Below the pieces are notes generated by a model, which was not told the origin of the DNA, did no database searches, and worked only from the letters and a program-made list of their open reading frames with translations. From NCBI GenBank assembly GCA_045837725.1, contig JBEWZL010000101.1, positions 186,001 through 250,000 of the forward strand: a stretch of 64,000 nt of DNA, read 5' to 3'. This DNA is from Vermamoeba vermiformis. Taxonomy: Eukaryota. A program made the translations under genes and the position numbers. Shown here piece by piece: positions 25,783-38,468 of this stretch; position 1 is the first letter of the stretch; each line of letters opens with the position of its first letter.

Positions 25783-27256
25783 TCACCGTGTATTCGCTCC
25801 CACGCTGTTCAATCTGCGCAGATGACGCTCGTGCTCATCTTCACGTCGAGCCCAGTTGACGAGTGCAGTGTTCGAGCTGACTTCTTTCGGCAACACTTCC
25901 CAAGGCTGCTTGTTATCAGCGATGCAGGCACTCAGTGCGGTGCTCAAGAACGGTGCCAAACTGAACCCGCGCCCTCTCAGCCCAGTGTACAGCCACAGAT
26001 TCTTTTTGTAACACAGCTCTGGGTCGCTGACTCTGCCACCTTTCTTCAGTTTGTGACCGTACTTGTGCAGCACTTGTTCAATGTCCAAGCAGAGACCTGA
26101 TCCGTGTCAGCTCTACACTGGGCAGCAGGCAGTACTTACCGACGAGTGGATAGTGGTCTTCAGTCGTCGCTCGCACACCACTGCGCACACTAACAATCTG
26201 TCGGCTGGTTAAACGCGAGCTCATTTGACGGTATTACTTAAGATACTTGCACGTGCGTCTTTGAGAGGATAGATTGCTTGTGCTTGCGACAAGAGCTGTG
26301 CAAATCTGTCTTCGCGCAAGTCAAATTGGCGCTGGTCATTCGGCTGCACATGAGTGGCACCAATCAACACGTGCCCATTGCCTAAAAAGGAGCTCGGCGA
26401 TATGAATACATTGGGGGTGCCACCAGAGATGGAGTGTGGCACGTGACTGCTCGTGCTCACCTCCAACAGATCACCGTGTACTGGCCGAATGTAATTCTTC
26501 AACCAGGGCTGATCAACCAGGGTCGTGTCTTGTGCCGTGCACAGAATGACATGTCGTGTCACGTACTGGTCGTTGACTAGCCAATCATCACCATGCTGGG
26601 TGAGTTGAGTGACAGGCGTCAATTCGAAGACGTCATCAGCCTGCAGTGTCAATCGTCGACAAGTCTCGCGCGGATCCAACATGAATCCAGCGTGCAGCAG
26701 TGCGCCATCTGCAACACGTGTGTACTGACTCGGAGCATGGCTGGTCGAGGTCAGAGAATGACACTTTGACACTTGCACGTGACTTACTCTAACCACTGCT
26801 GAAACAGTGCATCAGTCACGCGCGCAGGTTTGAGTCGGCGCGTGCCGCGCTTGTGCACCAGATCTGGCACGTGACGCGTGTAGTACGCAGCACTGAACTC
26901 AAAGCCCTGGTTGACAAATGCGTTCCACTTGTTGGCCTTGCTCACCACTGGATTCACCCACGCCCCTGCTGCTGCCCTGTGTCACGTGCTGTCAGAAAGA
27001 TCGCTCTAAATATGGTAATCTGGCTGAAAACTCACGTGCCACCAGAAGCTAGTTTGTTGCGATCGAACAGCGCTATTTTTAGTCCGCGCAGTTTCAGTGC
27101 ATGTGCGACAGTACTGCCAGCAATTCCGCTGCCTGTGCAGGTGAAGTAATAATTAATTAATTAAATAATAAAATCAATATTTTAATTTGGTACAGCTTCA
27201 TTGTTGGTGCAGCACATACCGACAATAATAGCATCGTAAATGCGTTTTGAAATCAT
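25783..27256 (-). CDS. FAD-dependent oxidoreductase of the DAO family, resembling the MnmC C-terminal domain
   Basis: YDAIIVG.GIAG Rossmann motif; GVRATTEDHYPLVG; YTGLRGRGFSLAP. Confidence 0.75.
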
Positions 27257-27500
27257 ATGAAGTTGCTAATAGCTTCGACTACATTCAACGAGTTGTGTTT
27301 GTTCGACAGGAACGAAATGAACGAGTGCCAAACAAGACTTAGTGCCTCCCAGTCTGTTACTGTAGCCGTGAACGAACCGTACCTTTACTCAATAAGCGGC
27401 ATTCGTTATTGAGTAGCATGGCAACAAACGATGTTGTCCAAGCCGAGATCTGCTTTCTTATTCACAATTTACTACTCGGACAATACTACAGGTGCTATAT

Positions 27501-28558
27501 TTACATTTGAATCAAGCGTCGCTTCTTGCGCTCTTCTTTCTTCTTTTTGAACTGCTCAATCACCTTGCGCTTGTTTCGCACTTTTTTGAGCGGATCTTCA
27601 TCTTTCAACATGCCCATCTCTTTTTGATACTGTCGCTGTCGCATGGCCTCTTGATATGCATCAATGTCCATGTAGTGCGCGAGCAGACGACCCTCGCGAT
27701 CAGTCGGCAAGCTCTTCTTGTCCCAATACGTGCCCCCTGAAGTGCCACCAAAGCGTCCGTTGAGTCTGTTGAAGTACGCGACCTGTGTGTACTCTTCTTC
27801 CTCGCCTGGCTGCACGGCCTCACTCGCGTACTGGTCTGTTGGTGTGTACTGCCCTGATGGCGCGTACTGGCTCGTTGGGGCAGTGCTCGTGCTCGGTGCA
27901 GCGATGATCTCAGTGCGCGTGATGAGCGAGCTGAAACTGTCCTCTGCGACCTTCTTAATCTTGTACAATAGCGTTAAAATGATAGTATTGGTGCATATAG
28001 TGCACGGTTGTAGAAGTTGAATGCATGTTACGCCAATAAAGCTCTCTCAGATCTTACCTGCAAATCCGCATGAAAATAACCACTTAGCCACCAGGCTCTA
28101 ATCTCTTCAGTGGAGAATGGCCCTTGCTCTTGATTGTTCGTGTCGATGTAGATCCACTTGTCTCCTGCTTTGTCGGTTGCGTCGTTCTATTCGAATATAA
28201 CAAAATTAATATATAATTATTGTATTGACGAATACATTAATATAGTGCTGCGCAATCAATTTTCCGAGCATTAAGCACGAGGCTGGAAAAATAAATTCTT
28301 TTTCTTTTGAATATTTTTATGGTCGCTAGAGGGACCTGTCCAGACCTAATATCATCAGCTAGTGTGTGGATATATATTTAATAATAATATGGCAACATTA
28401 GTGGAACGATTAAGGTACTTACTTTCTCGTTGGAATTGCTCATCGCGATCGTGTCTTTAACTTACTGACGAGATGACCACAACGAGTAGAGTTCAATTGT
28501 GTATAATCACTAGTGAGTATAATATAACAATACGGTCGCTATTCTTGTCGCTGGCCAT
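27501..28558 (-). CDS. GYF-domain protein with a basic C-terminal domain
   Basis: WIYIDTNNQEQGPFSTEEIRAWWLSGYF at about 28080-28160; start codon tentative because of several small 5' exons. Confidence 0.75.
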
Positions 28559-28678
28559 AAATTTCGCGAGTTAATTTTGATAAACTATTGTGCTGACGCG
28601 TCACACCTCCAATCCATCAAGCACTGTATTTGGCGACCACAAGACACTAATACAATAGTATAACACATATTGATCACA

Positions 28679-29935
28679 ATGAGTGACTCAAAGCCACATT
28701 ACAATATGAACAATCCGTCCGTGCGACGAATTATGAAAGAAATTAAAGAAATGCAAGCAGAAAAAAGCACATTATATACAGCCATGCCCTTAGATGTGCG
28801 TATTTCTAATATTTACTAATAAAGTAGCGACGTAATTTCAGAAATTAATAATGAAATATTAGGACAATATATTTGAATGGCACTTTACTATTCGAGGACC
28901 GCGCGAATCAGATTTTGAAGGCGGAGTGTACCACGGCAAGATTATGCTGCCCTCTGAATACCCCTTCAAGCCTCCTGACATTATGTTCCTCACCGTACGT
29001 ACTGACGAGGCAATCTCGATTCAATTATACATTATTTATGAGCTCCATCATCTGGTATAATATTGTACTGCCTATTAATTGTATTTACAGCCCAATGGTC
29101 GCTTTGAAGTGGGCAAGAAGGTGTGTCTCACTGTCTCGTCGCATCACGAAGAGACTTGGCGCCCCTCGTGGAGTTGTACGTGCAACAAATACGAGCACTA
29201 TGATATATGCATATACTTACATTACATTGCGTGACAGTGCGCACAGTGCTCATCGCCATCATAGCCTTCATGCCCACCAAAGGTGACGGTGCCATAGCCT
29301 CGCTGGACTGGCCCAAAGAAGAGCGCCACAAGCTGGCAGTCAAATCGATCAGCTGGAAGTGCGACAAGTGCGGCACTCACAACATGACTGCACTGCCGCC
29401 TGAGGACTTGCAAGAGGTGGCTGATGACCCTGAGGCACGCAACATTGTGCTCAAGAACAAAGAGCAGCAAGAGCGCGACGAGAAGAAGCCCCTCGCAGCC
29501 TCAACCAACACCTTGACTGCGAGCAACAACAACATTCTGATGCAGAGCAGCGAGATCACTGAGCGCTTGACACTCAGTCAACAAGTGGCGCGCTTGCAGG
29601 ACTCGGCTGTCATCCCCCACGACACTGTCAATGCTAGCGACACCAGTGCTAACAACAACAACAACAACGCACCTCTTGACACCCCTAATGCTGCTGACAA
29701 CAACACTCAGCCCGCGCAGGACACACCACTCAATGCGGTGCAGCCAGTCCCTGTGCCCAACACTGCCATCACTACGATTGATCACAGTCACGTTGAGCTG
29801 CCGCAGAATGTGCAACGTCGCGATACAAATAAGGAAATAGTGTCGGTGCTGGATCGCGTGATTTGGGTGGTGATTGCACTCATACTCGGTCTGATTCTGC
29901 GCAAGATGATCGTCAGCGCGAATATGACGAGGTAA
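28679..29935 (+). CDS. UBE2J1: Tail-anchored ER E2 ubiquitin-conjugating enzyme Ubc6/UBE2J1
   Basis: FEWHFTIRGP, EYPFKPP, TPNGRFEVGKKVCLTVSSHHEETWRPSW; C-terminal TM helix. Confidence 0.92.
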
Positions 29936-30124
29936 AGGAGGCAGTTACTTGTAGTCGGTGTACATCTGTTCAATAAACTGTAGAGTCGTATTATGTATAT
30001 TGTTATTTTCGTGTTACAGTAGTTCAATGAGCTCTACGCGCCGAAAATCGAGCGCAAAGAAAAGTTGGCGACAATGACCGAGAACAATTGTCACCCTATC
30101 TTGCAACTAAAGACCATAAGTACA

Positions 30125-31154
30125 ATGGGCGACGAAACAGAAACATTCAATGTCGTTGATGATTCAGTCGACGCTCAAAACGAGAGCGGTGATCTCAGCG
30201 TGGATGTAAGAATCGTATTGTTGTTTATAACCAGAAAATTAATTTTAAAAATTACTAATATTTAAATATGAATACACTTACATAATTGTGGTATTTTGAA
30301 CCCAAGAAATTTAAGTAATAATTTTTGAAAAATAATTTTAATAACGCAACGTGTGCTAGGCCGACGAGAAGGCCTTAGAAGAAATGCGCAAACAAGTGCA
30401 AGAGATGGAAGAAGAGGCACGAAAATTAAAAGAAATGCAAGATCAAGTCGAGAGCATGTCTTCGGCTGTCAGCGCTGAGAACAAGGAAGATATTGACTCG
30501 CGCTCAGTATACATTGGCAATGTACGTTATTAAGAGGTTATATATTGCAGTAAGCACTAGAGTTCTGATCACTTAATTTACAGGTCGATTATTCTTCTAC
30601 GCCCGAAGAACTTCAAGTACGTAATTGATGACAGTGGTTATATGGCCCTGCACGGCTAATATAGCGCTTATTCTACGATATATATATATGCATGTCCTAA
30701 CAGTATTGTAGCAACACTTCCAAGCCTGTGGTACAATCAATCGAGTGACCATTCTCTGCGACAAACACACTGGCCATCCTAAAGGGTAAGTAGCACTGCA
30801 ATAGTGGTGAACTGCTGCTATTATCAACGATATATAACTATCTCTATAATATATACACTGTACCGTCACTCACAACGCCACAGCTTTGCATACATTGAAT
30901 TTGTCGACAAAGAAGCAGTGCCCCGTGCCCTCGAACTCAACGAGTCCATGTTCAAGAACCGCGCACTCAAGGTACTATTGGCATTGAGTATAGTAACAGG
31001 GTGGTGTATTAACTCTGTCCTGCAGGTCACTCAAAAGCGAACAAATGTGCCCGCATTTATGTTGCACAGATCCAGGCCACGCTTCAGACCTCGCGGCTTC
31101 AGAGGTCGAGGCCCCCCACGAGGACGACGCGGCTATTATCATCCTTATCAGTAA
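30125..31154 (+). CDS. PABPN1: Nuclear poly(A)-binding protein
   Basis: Coiled coil [55 protein letters not shown]; RG-rich tail ending YHPY. Confidence 0.94.
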
Positions 31155-31395
31155 AGAGGATCCCCTTGTGCAGTACATGTAACTAATAAACCGAACAATT
31201 CCCTTGAAATTACGCCAATTTGATATGATGACTCATTAATACAACACACAATGTACCACGAGTGCTGCCAGTACGCGGTGCACATTGACTCCCCGAGTGC
31301 AGTTAGGGAGGAAATTGCTGCGTAAAAGTGTCCGTTAATGTCGTGCGCAATTGTTGTCGAACTTCAAACCAACATATTAAACACAACTCATAGCT

Positions 31396-32559
31396 ATGAG
31401 AACGATACTCGCTTGCCTCGTGCTCTTGTCCCTTGCTTTGAACTCCATTGCCCAAGATTTGGACTGTGGTATCAATGTCAATGGCGTTGTTGTCCCTAGC
31501 GCCAACAAATGTATTACTACTGGTGCCGTAAGTGATAGCAAAAATATTACTTGCTATTCTCAATTACTAATATGCCCTAGCCTGCCTGCGTTAACGTGGG
31601 TGAAGGAGACGAACTCGTTTACAGATGCAGACAATGCTACTCCAACTGCGACTGCGACATTGGCACCTACTGCATTAAGAGCCCCGTAAGTTCATAATTG
31701 TAAATTAGAATTTAAAAATACCGGATCTTTTCTTAATTAATGAGAAAAACGTGGTGCCCAGCGCTGTGGTTACAGTTTTAATTAATGTCACAAAAATAGG
31801 GTACTGACAAGGGTACTTGCCGAGATATTGAAGACGCAATTTTGAGCCGTACTTGCAACCGGTAAGATCGCGTTTTTTACAATAATAATAATTTTCCGAA
31901 TTAACCATTTTTATCTATCCTCCTTTCTCACTTTTTGAGCACGTAATTTACTTGACAAGTGGTGTTAATCATTTAAGAATATTAGGGCCATAATTGCTTT
32001 TACCCGTGCTGCGATCGTAATCTAATCCGCTTTTTTCAGATTCAACACCGAGAGCGACAGAGCTCGTGAGTACCCCGGAATTCTCAAGTTCCCTCAAAAG
32101 GGCATCGATGAACAAACTGTTTGCGGTCTTGCCATGTTTGACGACTCTGGCAACTTCACCGGCTACGAGTGGTTCGGTTACTGCGATGCTGTAAGTGTTT
32201 GGCCGTATAAGCATACATATAACCGCTTTATTAACGATGACAATGGCTTAGGGTGAGTGCTCTGTCTGCGCTAACCTTGGTGAAGCTTTTGACCAAAATA
32301 TCGCCTTTAACATCCGCGCTGGTGATCCTGGCAGCTTGTTGTGCCCTGTAAGCATTCAAACAACTGCGATGCACCACACAATACTCATCGATAATAGGGT
32401 CGTGCTTGCTACGCTGGTAAATTGATCAAGGCTACCTTCGCTAGCGACAGCATCTACGACAAGCTTGATGTTGGCACCTCCGTCAGCGCAGCTATTCTCG
32501 TGTTCGTCATTCTCATCGCTATTTTGTCGCTCGTTTCTACCGCTGTGGTCGTCAAGTAA
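31396..32559 (+). CDS. Cys-rich secreted, C-terminally membrane-anchored protein of unknown function (6 exons)
   Basis: Signal peptide; spliced CRQCYSNCDCDIGTYC...YEWFGYCDA/GECSVC; hydrophobic C-terminus AAILVFVILIAILSLVSTAVVVK*. Confidence 0.75.
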
Positions 32560-33178
32560 GTTCTATGTTTGATTGACAAGCGTAAAATTGCAGAAATATC
32601 TCCTGCACTTCATCGATCATCACAACAGCCCAAAATATCTATCTGCGCTATATTTACCTTTATGTTTATTTTGTTCACTGAATTCAAAGTTTCAATTATT
32701 GACATATTCCCCACGTGCGCTAATTCGCGTTTCTTTACTTATTATAGGATCAACAACGCAAATAGCTTCAAGCGTGTTGGTGACAGAATCTAAACTAAGA
32801 TAATAATCAATAATAACAAGAGAACTAAGCTCTTTCAGTTCACATAATGTAGTTCAAACTGTTTCAGGTGGATCTGAGAAAACCATTCAACGCGCATTTG
32901 AAACAATAAATGATTTGTACAAACGGTATCTCGGAAGCATTAGTATGAGCGTTACTCGTTCAACCGCTGCATTGCGGAGTGTAGCGGTCTGAAATTGACT
33001 CTTTCAGACCTTGATTGTGAGTTGGCGTTGATTGAAAGACCAAAGAATGAGGCTTGTATCGAGGGAAATGGGTTTATTTTACATGAGGTGTAGGGTATAT
33101 ATTACAGGCACCAGGATATGAACAAAATTGGCTATATTACAGTTGCAGGAGTAATTCTAAATCGTGGTCTAAAATTCT

Positions 33179-33607
33179 TCAGATCTCATACTCGACAGCC
33201 TGAGAGTACGCGTACTTGCTCTTGATTGGCTTCATACCAATAAGTGAGATGTCGGCTAAAGCTTGGCAGACCTCGTCTTTAGTAAAAAGTTTGTCAAACC
33301 AAGAGTTGTTTGATTTGGCCCAGTCCAATTTCTTGAAACGTTTGTCATGGGTAGGATCAATAATCTCTCCGTTTTCATAGAAGGTAAGACCATATTCTTC
33401 GACGATTTCTTCTTTCTTGCCAACACTTGTGATGACGGGCAAGCCAGTTCCTTTGGGCACGACGACAGATTTGGTTGGTTTAACCACGCGTTGTTTCATC
33501 CAGCAGTAGATAACGAAGTCTCCGAATGAAAGAGGGCAGAAGAAGTTGTATTTGTCTTCACCAATGCGTCTTTGGCAGTCGATCTCGAACAACAAGTCGG
33601 ATTCCAT
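33179..33607 (-). CDS. Intronless 142-aa hypothetical protein
   Basis: ATG-started ORF with protein-like composition, in otherwise gene-free DNA; no family recognised. Confidence 0.55.
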   Translation of the reverse strand: MESDLLFEIDCQRRIGEDKYNFFCPLSFGDFVIYCWMKQRVVKPTKSVVVPKGTGLPVITSVGKKEEIVEEYGLTFYENGEIIDPTHDKRFKKLDWAKSNNSWFDKLFTKDEVCQALADISLIGMKPIKSKYAYSQAVEYEI

Positions 33608-34156
33608 TGCTAGCTATGTGCGATCTGTGTTTTGTGTTGCCGCGGTTGAACTTGAAGACCCTTCTTGAGTGTCCTCGCGTGGTTGTGTTTTTGGTAAATA
33701 AGAGTGAATGCCTGTTTCTGCTTTTTTATGTTTTTTTCTTTGTCGCCCGATTTAGTTCGTCGTGCAAAATCATTCACAAACTCGGAATAATAAAGATCAC
33801 GCTGAAAACTAGCTCATTTCTCTATGTTTTCGCCACAAGCAATGCCTATCTTTACAATTAGTATACGCTATTGACTCAGCGTAAGTTAACGCTGGTTCTT
33901 CTGTAATTCGCTAAGAATGCTAGATCCTGCTCTGGATCTGCAAGTCTAAAAGTCTGTAGCTAGGTATTCACTATCTTCAGTCAATCAAGTGTTCGTACAG
34001 TTCATCTATCTACAATTGCTGCAATTCTACGATTGGCACTCTTCATGAACCATTCGTCTGTTTCACAGTCCAAATTTTGATTTTCTTTCTCTCGCTCCCT
34101 GAACGCCACTCCGCACTCTTCACCGAACCGACGCTTTCCCTGTTGTACATCTAGCT

Positions 34157-35704
34157 ATGGATAGTGGTTCGTACCTCGTCCGTCGTTTTAGATTTCCGCT
34201 CCGTTTCGTTGCAATCTGATCGGATTGTTTAGGACAACAAAAATCGAGGCCCATTCTTGCAATATTAATTTTCTTGGCTGCTATTGGTGCCATTATATTC
34301 GTATTTGCTACTTTCCCGCCATTCACTGCGTAAGATGTCAGCAAAATAATTTTGAAATATTTTTCGCATTTTTGAAAGTTTTTTTATTTAACCTCGCTCT
34401 TGTTAGAGAACAAAAACAGCGATTAAGGCTACCGAGTAACATTGAAGATGTTAAAATAATTGGCGAGATCATGTCAGAATACAAAGACAAATACTACTTC
34501 ACTGTCCTGCTGGGCTTTTCTCTCGTGTATTTATTGTATCCTACTCCACAACCGTATTGTTTTATTCATCGATGAATATAGAAGTAGAGACCTTAACTTA
34601 GTGCAGCTTGCAGACCTTTACAATCCCAGGCACGATATTTTTGAACTTTCTCGCTGGTGCATTGTTTGGCATTTACGTGACAGTGCCGCTCTGTTGCTTT
34701 GTAGGGCTAATAGAGTGCTTATATGTGCACATTGTATTAACATGCTGTACAGTTGGCTGCTACGGGAGCCTCAGGTGCCTTTATGATGTCGCATCTGATC
34801 GGTCGTCGTATTGTCATGAAGTTCGCACCAGATCGCCTTCGCTACTTCAATGACCAGGTACTGCTGCACTACAAATAACCTAATATAGTCGCTGCGGAGC
34901 TAATCCGACTGCACACAGATCCAACAGCACCGCCACAACCTCTTCAATTACTTCCTATTTCTGCGCATATCACCACTGCTTCCCAATTGGTTCGTCAACT
35001 TGGCCTCGCCCATCTGTTCAGTGCCCTTCAAGACCTTTTGGATAGGCACTTTCTTCGGTGAGTACACCCAATTTGCGCCTATTCTTCCCGAGATTTCAAA
35101 TCATAGAAAATGTTGCTAATTTTCTCAATACGCCTCGTGATTTGCGTGTTTTATTGCGCACGAGTATACCGGACAATAATTAATTTTGCAGTTTAATTTT
35201 CTCAACCGCGGGGATTAACTTGCGGAAATTTCACGTTAATTTCCTTATTCGACTTTAAGACTACCGCCTTGCAAACTAATGTCCGAGCGTGGATCTGTGT
35301 TTTGTGGCAGTGTGAGTGACTTGCAGACTAGGCAGACCATGCAAGCAGAATCTTACAACCGCTTGTCGAGCACTGACATTGCCCTAAATTTGTTGCAATA
35401 TTCGCATTGAATTCGATTCTGTGCTTAATTTAGCTCGCGAAATCTTCCCCAAGATATCATGTAATAGCGGCGCGTTTATTATGACTGACACGGTGTTGCA
35501 GGAGTGATGCCCCAGACCTTCATTGTGGTGCGTGCAGGACTCACGCTGCAAGACATCAAGTCGCCCAGTGACGTGCTCGACATCCGCGCCTTCATCACCC
35601 TCGCACTGCTCGCCTTCTTAGCGCTCATTCCCACGCTCAAGCCCGTGCAGAATGTGTTGGATCGTCTGCTCACCCGCACTGACAAGAAGTCCAAACACCA
35701 CTGA
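34157..35704 (+). CDS. TMEM41B: TMEM41B/Stasimon (VTT/DedA, SNARE-associated) membrane protein
   Basis: YLFLQTFTIPGTIFLNFLAGALFG; FLRISPLLPNWFVNLASP; GVMPQTFIVVRAG. Confidence 0.9.
34536..34606 (+). other. U12-type (minor spliceosome) GT-AG intron
   Basis: 5' end GTATCCTA; branch site CCTTAAC at 34591-34597, 9 nt before the intron end; removal restores YLF/LQTF. Confidence 0.85.
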
Positions 35705-35727
35705 AATGTCACGTATAAATAGCACTT

Positions 35728-36954
35728 CTATTTAATAGCTGCAGGATGGATGGACTCGCGCGGACCAATCTCCCAGCGCGTGGTGTATGAGATGCAGTTG
35801 TCGAGTGATTCGACGTCGTGCCACCAACAGGGCGGGATGTACAGCCTAGATCTGGTTAGTCACGCTGATTCAGACCTGTATAATCACGTACGAGTCACCA
35901 GGTCGCAGCACTGCGGTGTATTTAGTCGCGTGTTGCATCTTGGGGTACTTGCTGCGCACGGCTGGATCTTGCTCCCATTCACGCAGATCGACTTGACTCG
36001 TGTGAGGATTGGCCGTCAACGCTAATTATGACAGCGTTAGTACTATTCAAGAGGCCCAAAGTGGTGGTTAATAACATACATGAGTGCGGGTAGAGCAGAT
36101 TTGAGTCGTCTGGGTGGAACATTGCAACTTTTTTGTCGCCCACGATTTGTGTGAGTATCCCGTGCCACATGTCAAAGTGGATAGGCGTCAGATTCCCTGC
36201 AGTCCTATATTTAACTCCATAATTGAGTATCTTATATGAAACACAGATCTAGTTCAAGGCTCTTACCCGATCCACACGCCAGACATGCGCTCTGAAAACT
36301 GTTCGTTCTTATCGAGTACAAAGGTCGGTGCTGGATCCAAGTCACTCATTACCTCATTGAGCGGTGGTCCTCGTAAATACAAGCGTTTTTTGCCTTGAAA
36401 TCGCGTCAGATCAGATCCAGCTTCAATTTAAACGCTTACCTTCACTGTTATCGCAGAATACGCGATCGATCAGCTCATTAAATGTCATAGGTTCGATATC
36501 TACGGCATCTTTTGCCAGAAAGCGCAGATTGTCCTTGGCTACAAAGACAGCAAACTTTTCATCTGCTCTTTTAGCGCCGATCTGCTCCTTCAAATAGGCC
36601 AAATCTTTCCATAATGTAACGGCCTTCCAATTTGCAGCGACATCTAACAGATTAAAATAGTAAATATTGATGGGACGTCATAATAATGGTTCATGAATGG
36701 CGGTAATAAAAGATCTGAAATATTCAGAAAAATCGAATTAAAAATTAACTGCAACCCAATCACAATTAATTACGCTACTCATATAGTAATATTGCGCGAT
36801 AATTTAATTAAATTGTTCCAATGTATTTTCCATAACCGCACAATTAGATCTGGATCCACCTACCATTAATTATGACCGGCCGTTTGTTTCTATAAGACTC
36901 TAAGAACTCTGCGTTCGTCAATTTATCGACTCGTTTGATGGGTATTGTGTCCAT
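35728..36954 (-). CDS. JmjC-domain 2-oxoglutarate/Fe hydroxylase (JMJD5/FIH-like)
   Basis: RPVIING/DVAANWKA; VWIG..GNLTPIHFD (HxD); PGDSLYIPPCWWHDVES (distal His). Confidence 0.9.
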
Positions 36955-37024
36955 ATCGCGTGTTAATAATGAAATGGTGCTGCGTTGATTTTTTAGTTCT
37001 TTTACCTCTCACCAAATAGATCAG

Positions 37025-38468
37025 ATGAGCACCGAAGCGACTGATAACTACACAATTACTATTGTTGGTGCAGGTACATAGTTGTGGAAGCTAGTACAAT
37101 TGGAACAGTTAACTGATCGGGTTTAGGACCTGCTGGCGTCACTGTAGTGGCTGCACTGCTCGACAAAGGAGTGCCTGCATCAGACATATTGTGGATTGGT
37201 ATGTGCTGCTAGCCCTCCAACTTTTCTGAAATTATGAATAATAATATCGCGGATCTGATTGCAACCGCTCGTTAAATAATTGCATAAAATTCATATTAAT
37301 ATTTAAATATGCACCACCAGACCCTGAATTCAATGTGGGACGACTGTGTAAGTTCGGCGAGGTGCCCAGCAACACCAAAACCAACAGACTGGTGGCGTAC
37401 TTCCAGTCCTCGCGCACATTCCTCGAATTGCTCGCAGATCCCACACTCGGTGCGTGCAGTGCGTGGCAGTACATGTTGAGTTATCCGCCCACTGAGTGCT
37501 GTGCATTCGGGTACACGGCGCAGGTACTCGAACACATCACGCGCGGTCTGTTGCGCCGAGTACCGCACCGTCGCACTGTGGTGACTGAGTGTCGCCAAGT
37601 GACACTTGATTCACTGAACGAGGTGTCAAACAGTGACCAGGGCTGGCACCTGTCACTGGCAGACAGCACCACCGTCAGAACAGCGCGCGTCATGTTCGCG
37701 ACTGGCTGCACACCGGCCACACAGAACTATCACGTGTCCGCGGACCAATCACAGCACAGCACAGACCAGTCACGTGATCCAACAGTTATTCCGCTCGAGT
37801 CCACATTCAACGCCACAGAGTTGACACGTGTCATTCAGCAGCACACACGCGTGGCAGTGATTGGCTCGAGTCACTCAGCGCTGCTCGCACTGATGAATGT
37901 GGTGCGACTCATCGACCAGGGCCTCTACCAGGGCGAGGTGTGGCTCGTGCACCGCTCGCCACTCAAGTTCATGACACCGCTGCCCAATGGCGACGCACTG
38001 CACTTCTACGACGGTCTCAAGGGCCCGGTCGGGGATTGGTCACGTGATCAGCTCTTGGCTGGGAAGTGTCCCAGAACACGTGTGGTGACACTGCCTGATG
38101 ACACGTGTCAAACATGGCACCGCACACTGCAGCAAGTGACAGGTGTCATCTACGCGGTGGGCTATGATCGCACACCACTGCCACCGCTCTGGTGTCACGT
38201 GTCAGACGAGTGGACCCTGGTAGATGACACGCAGCTCAGACACGACTGTGACACCTATCAACTGCTGCACCCACGTGTCACTCTACCAGGGCTCTTTGGC
38301 CTCGGTGTCGCCTTCCCCGCGCGTCACGTGGACAGTACTGGTCACGTGCAGGCAGCGATTGGACTGCCGAATTTCATGAACGCAGCGATTGCCAATTATA
38401 GACTGTGGCTCGGGAGTGAGTCACGTGACTGTTCAGTGAACGCGAGTGCTGCGCAGGCAAACGAATGA
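37025..38468 (+). CDS. Pyridine nucleotide-disulfide oxidoreductase-like flavoprotein
   Basis: IVGAGPAG; GRL...EVPSNT; ATG; VAVIGSSHSA; IYAVGY; GLFGLGVAFP. Confidence 0.8.
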
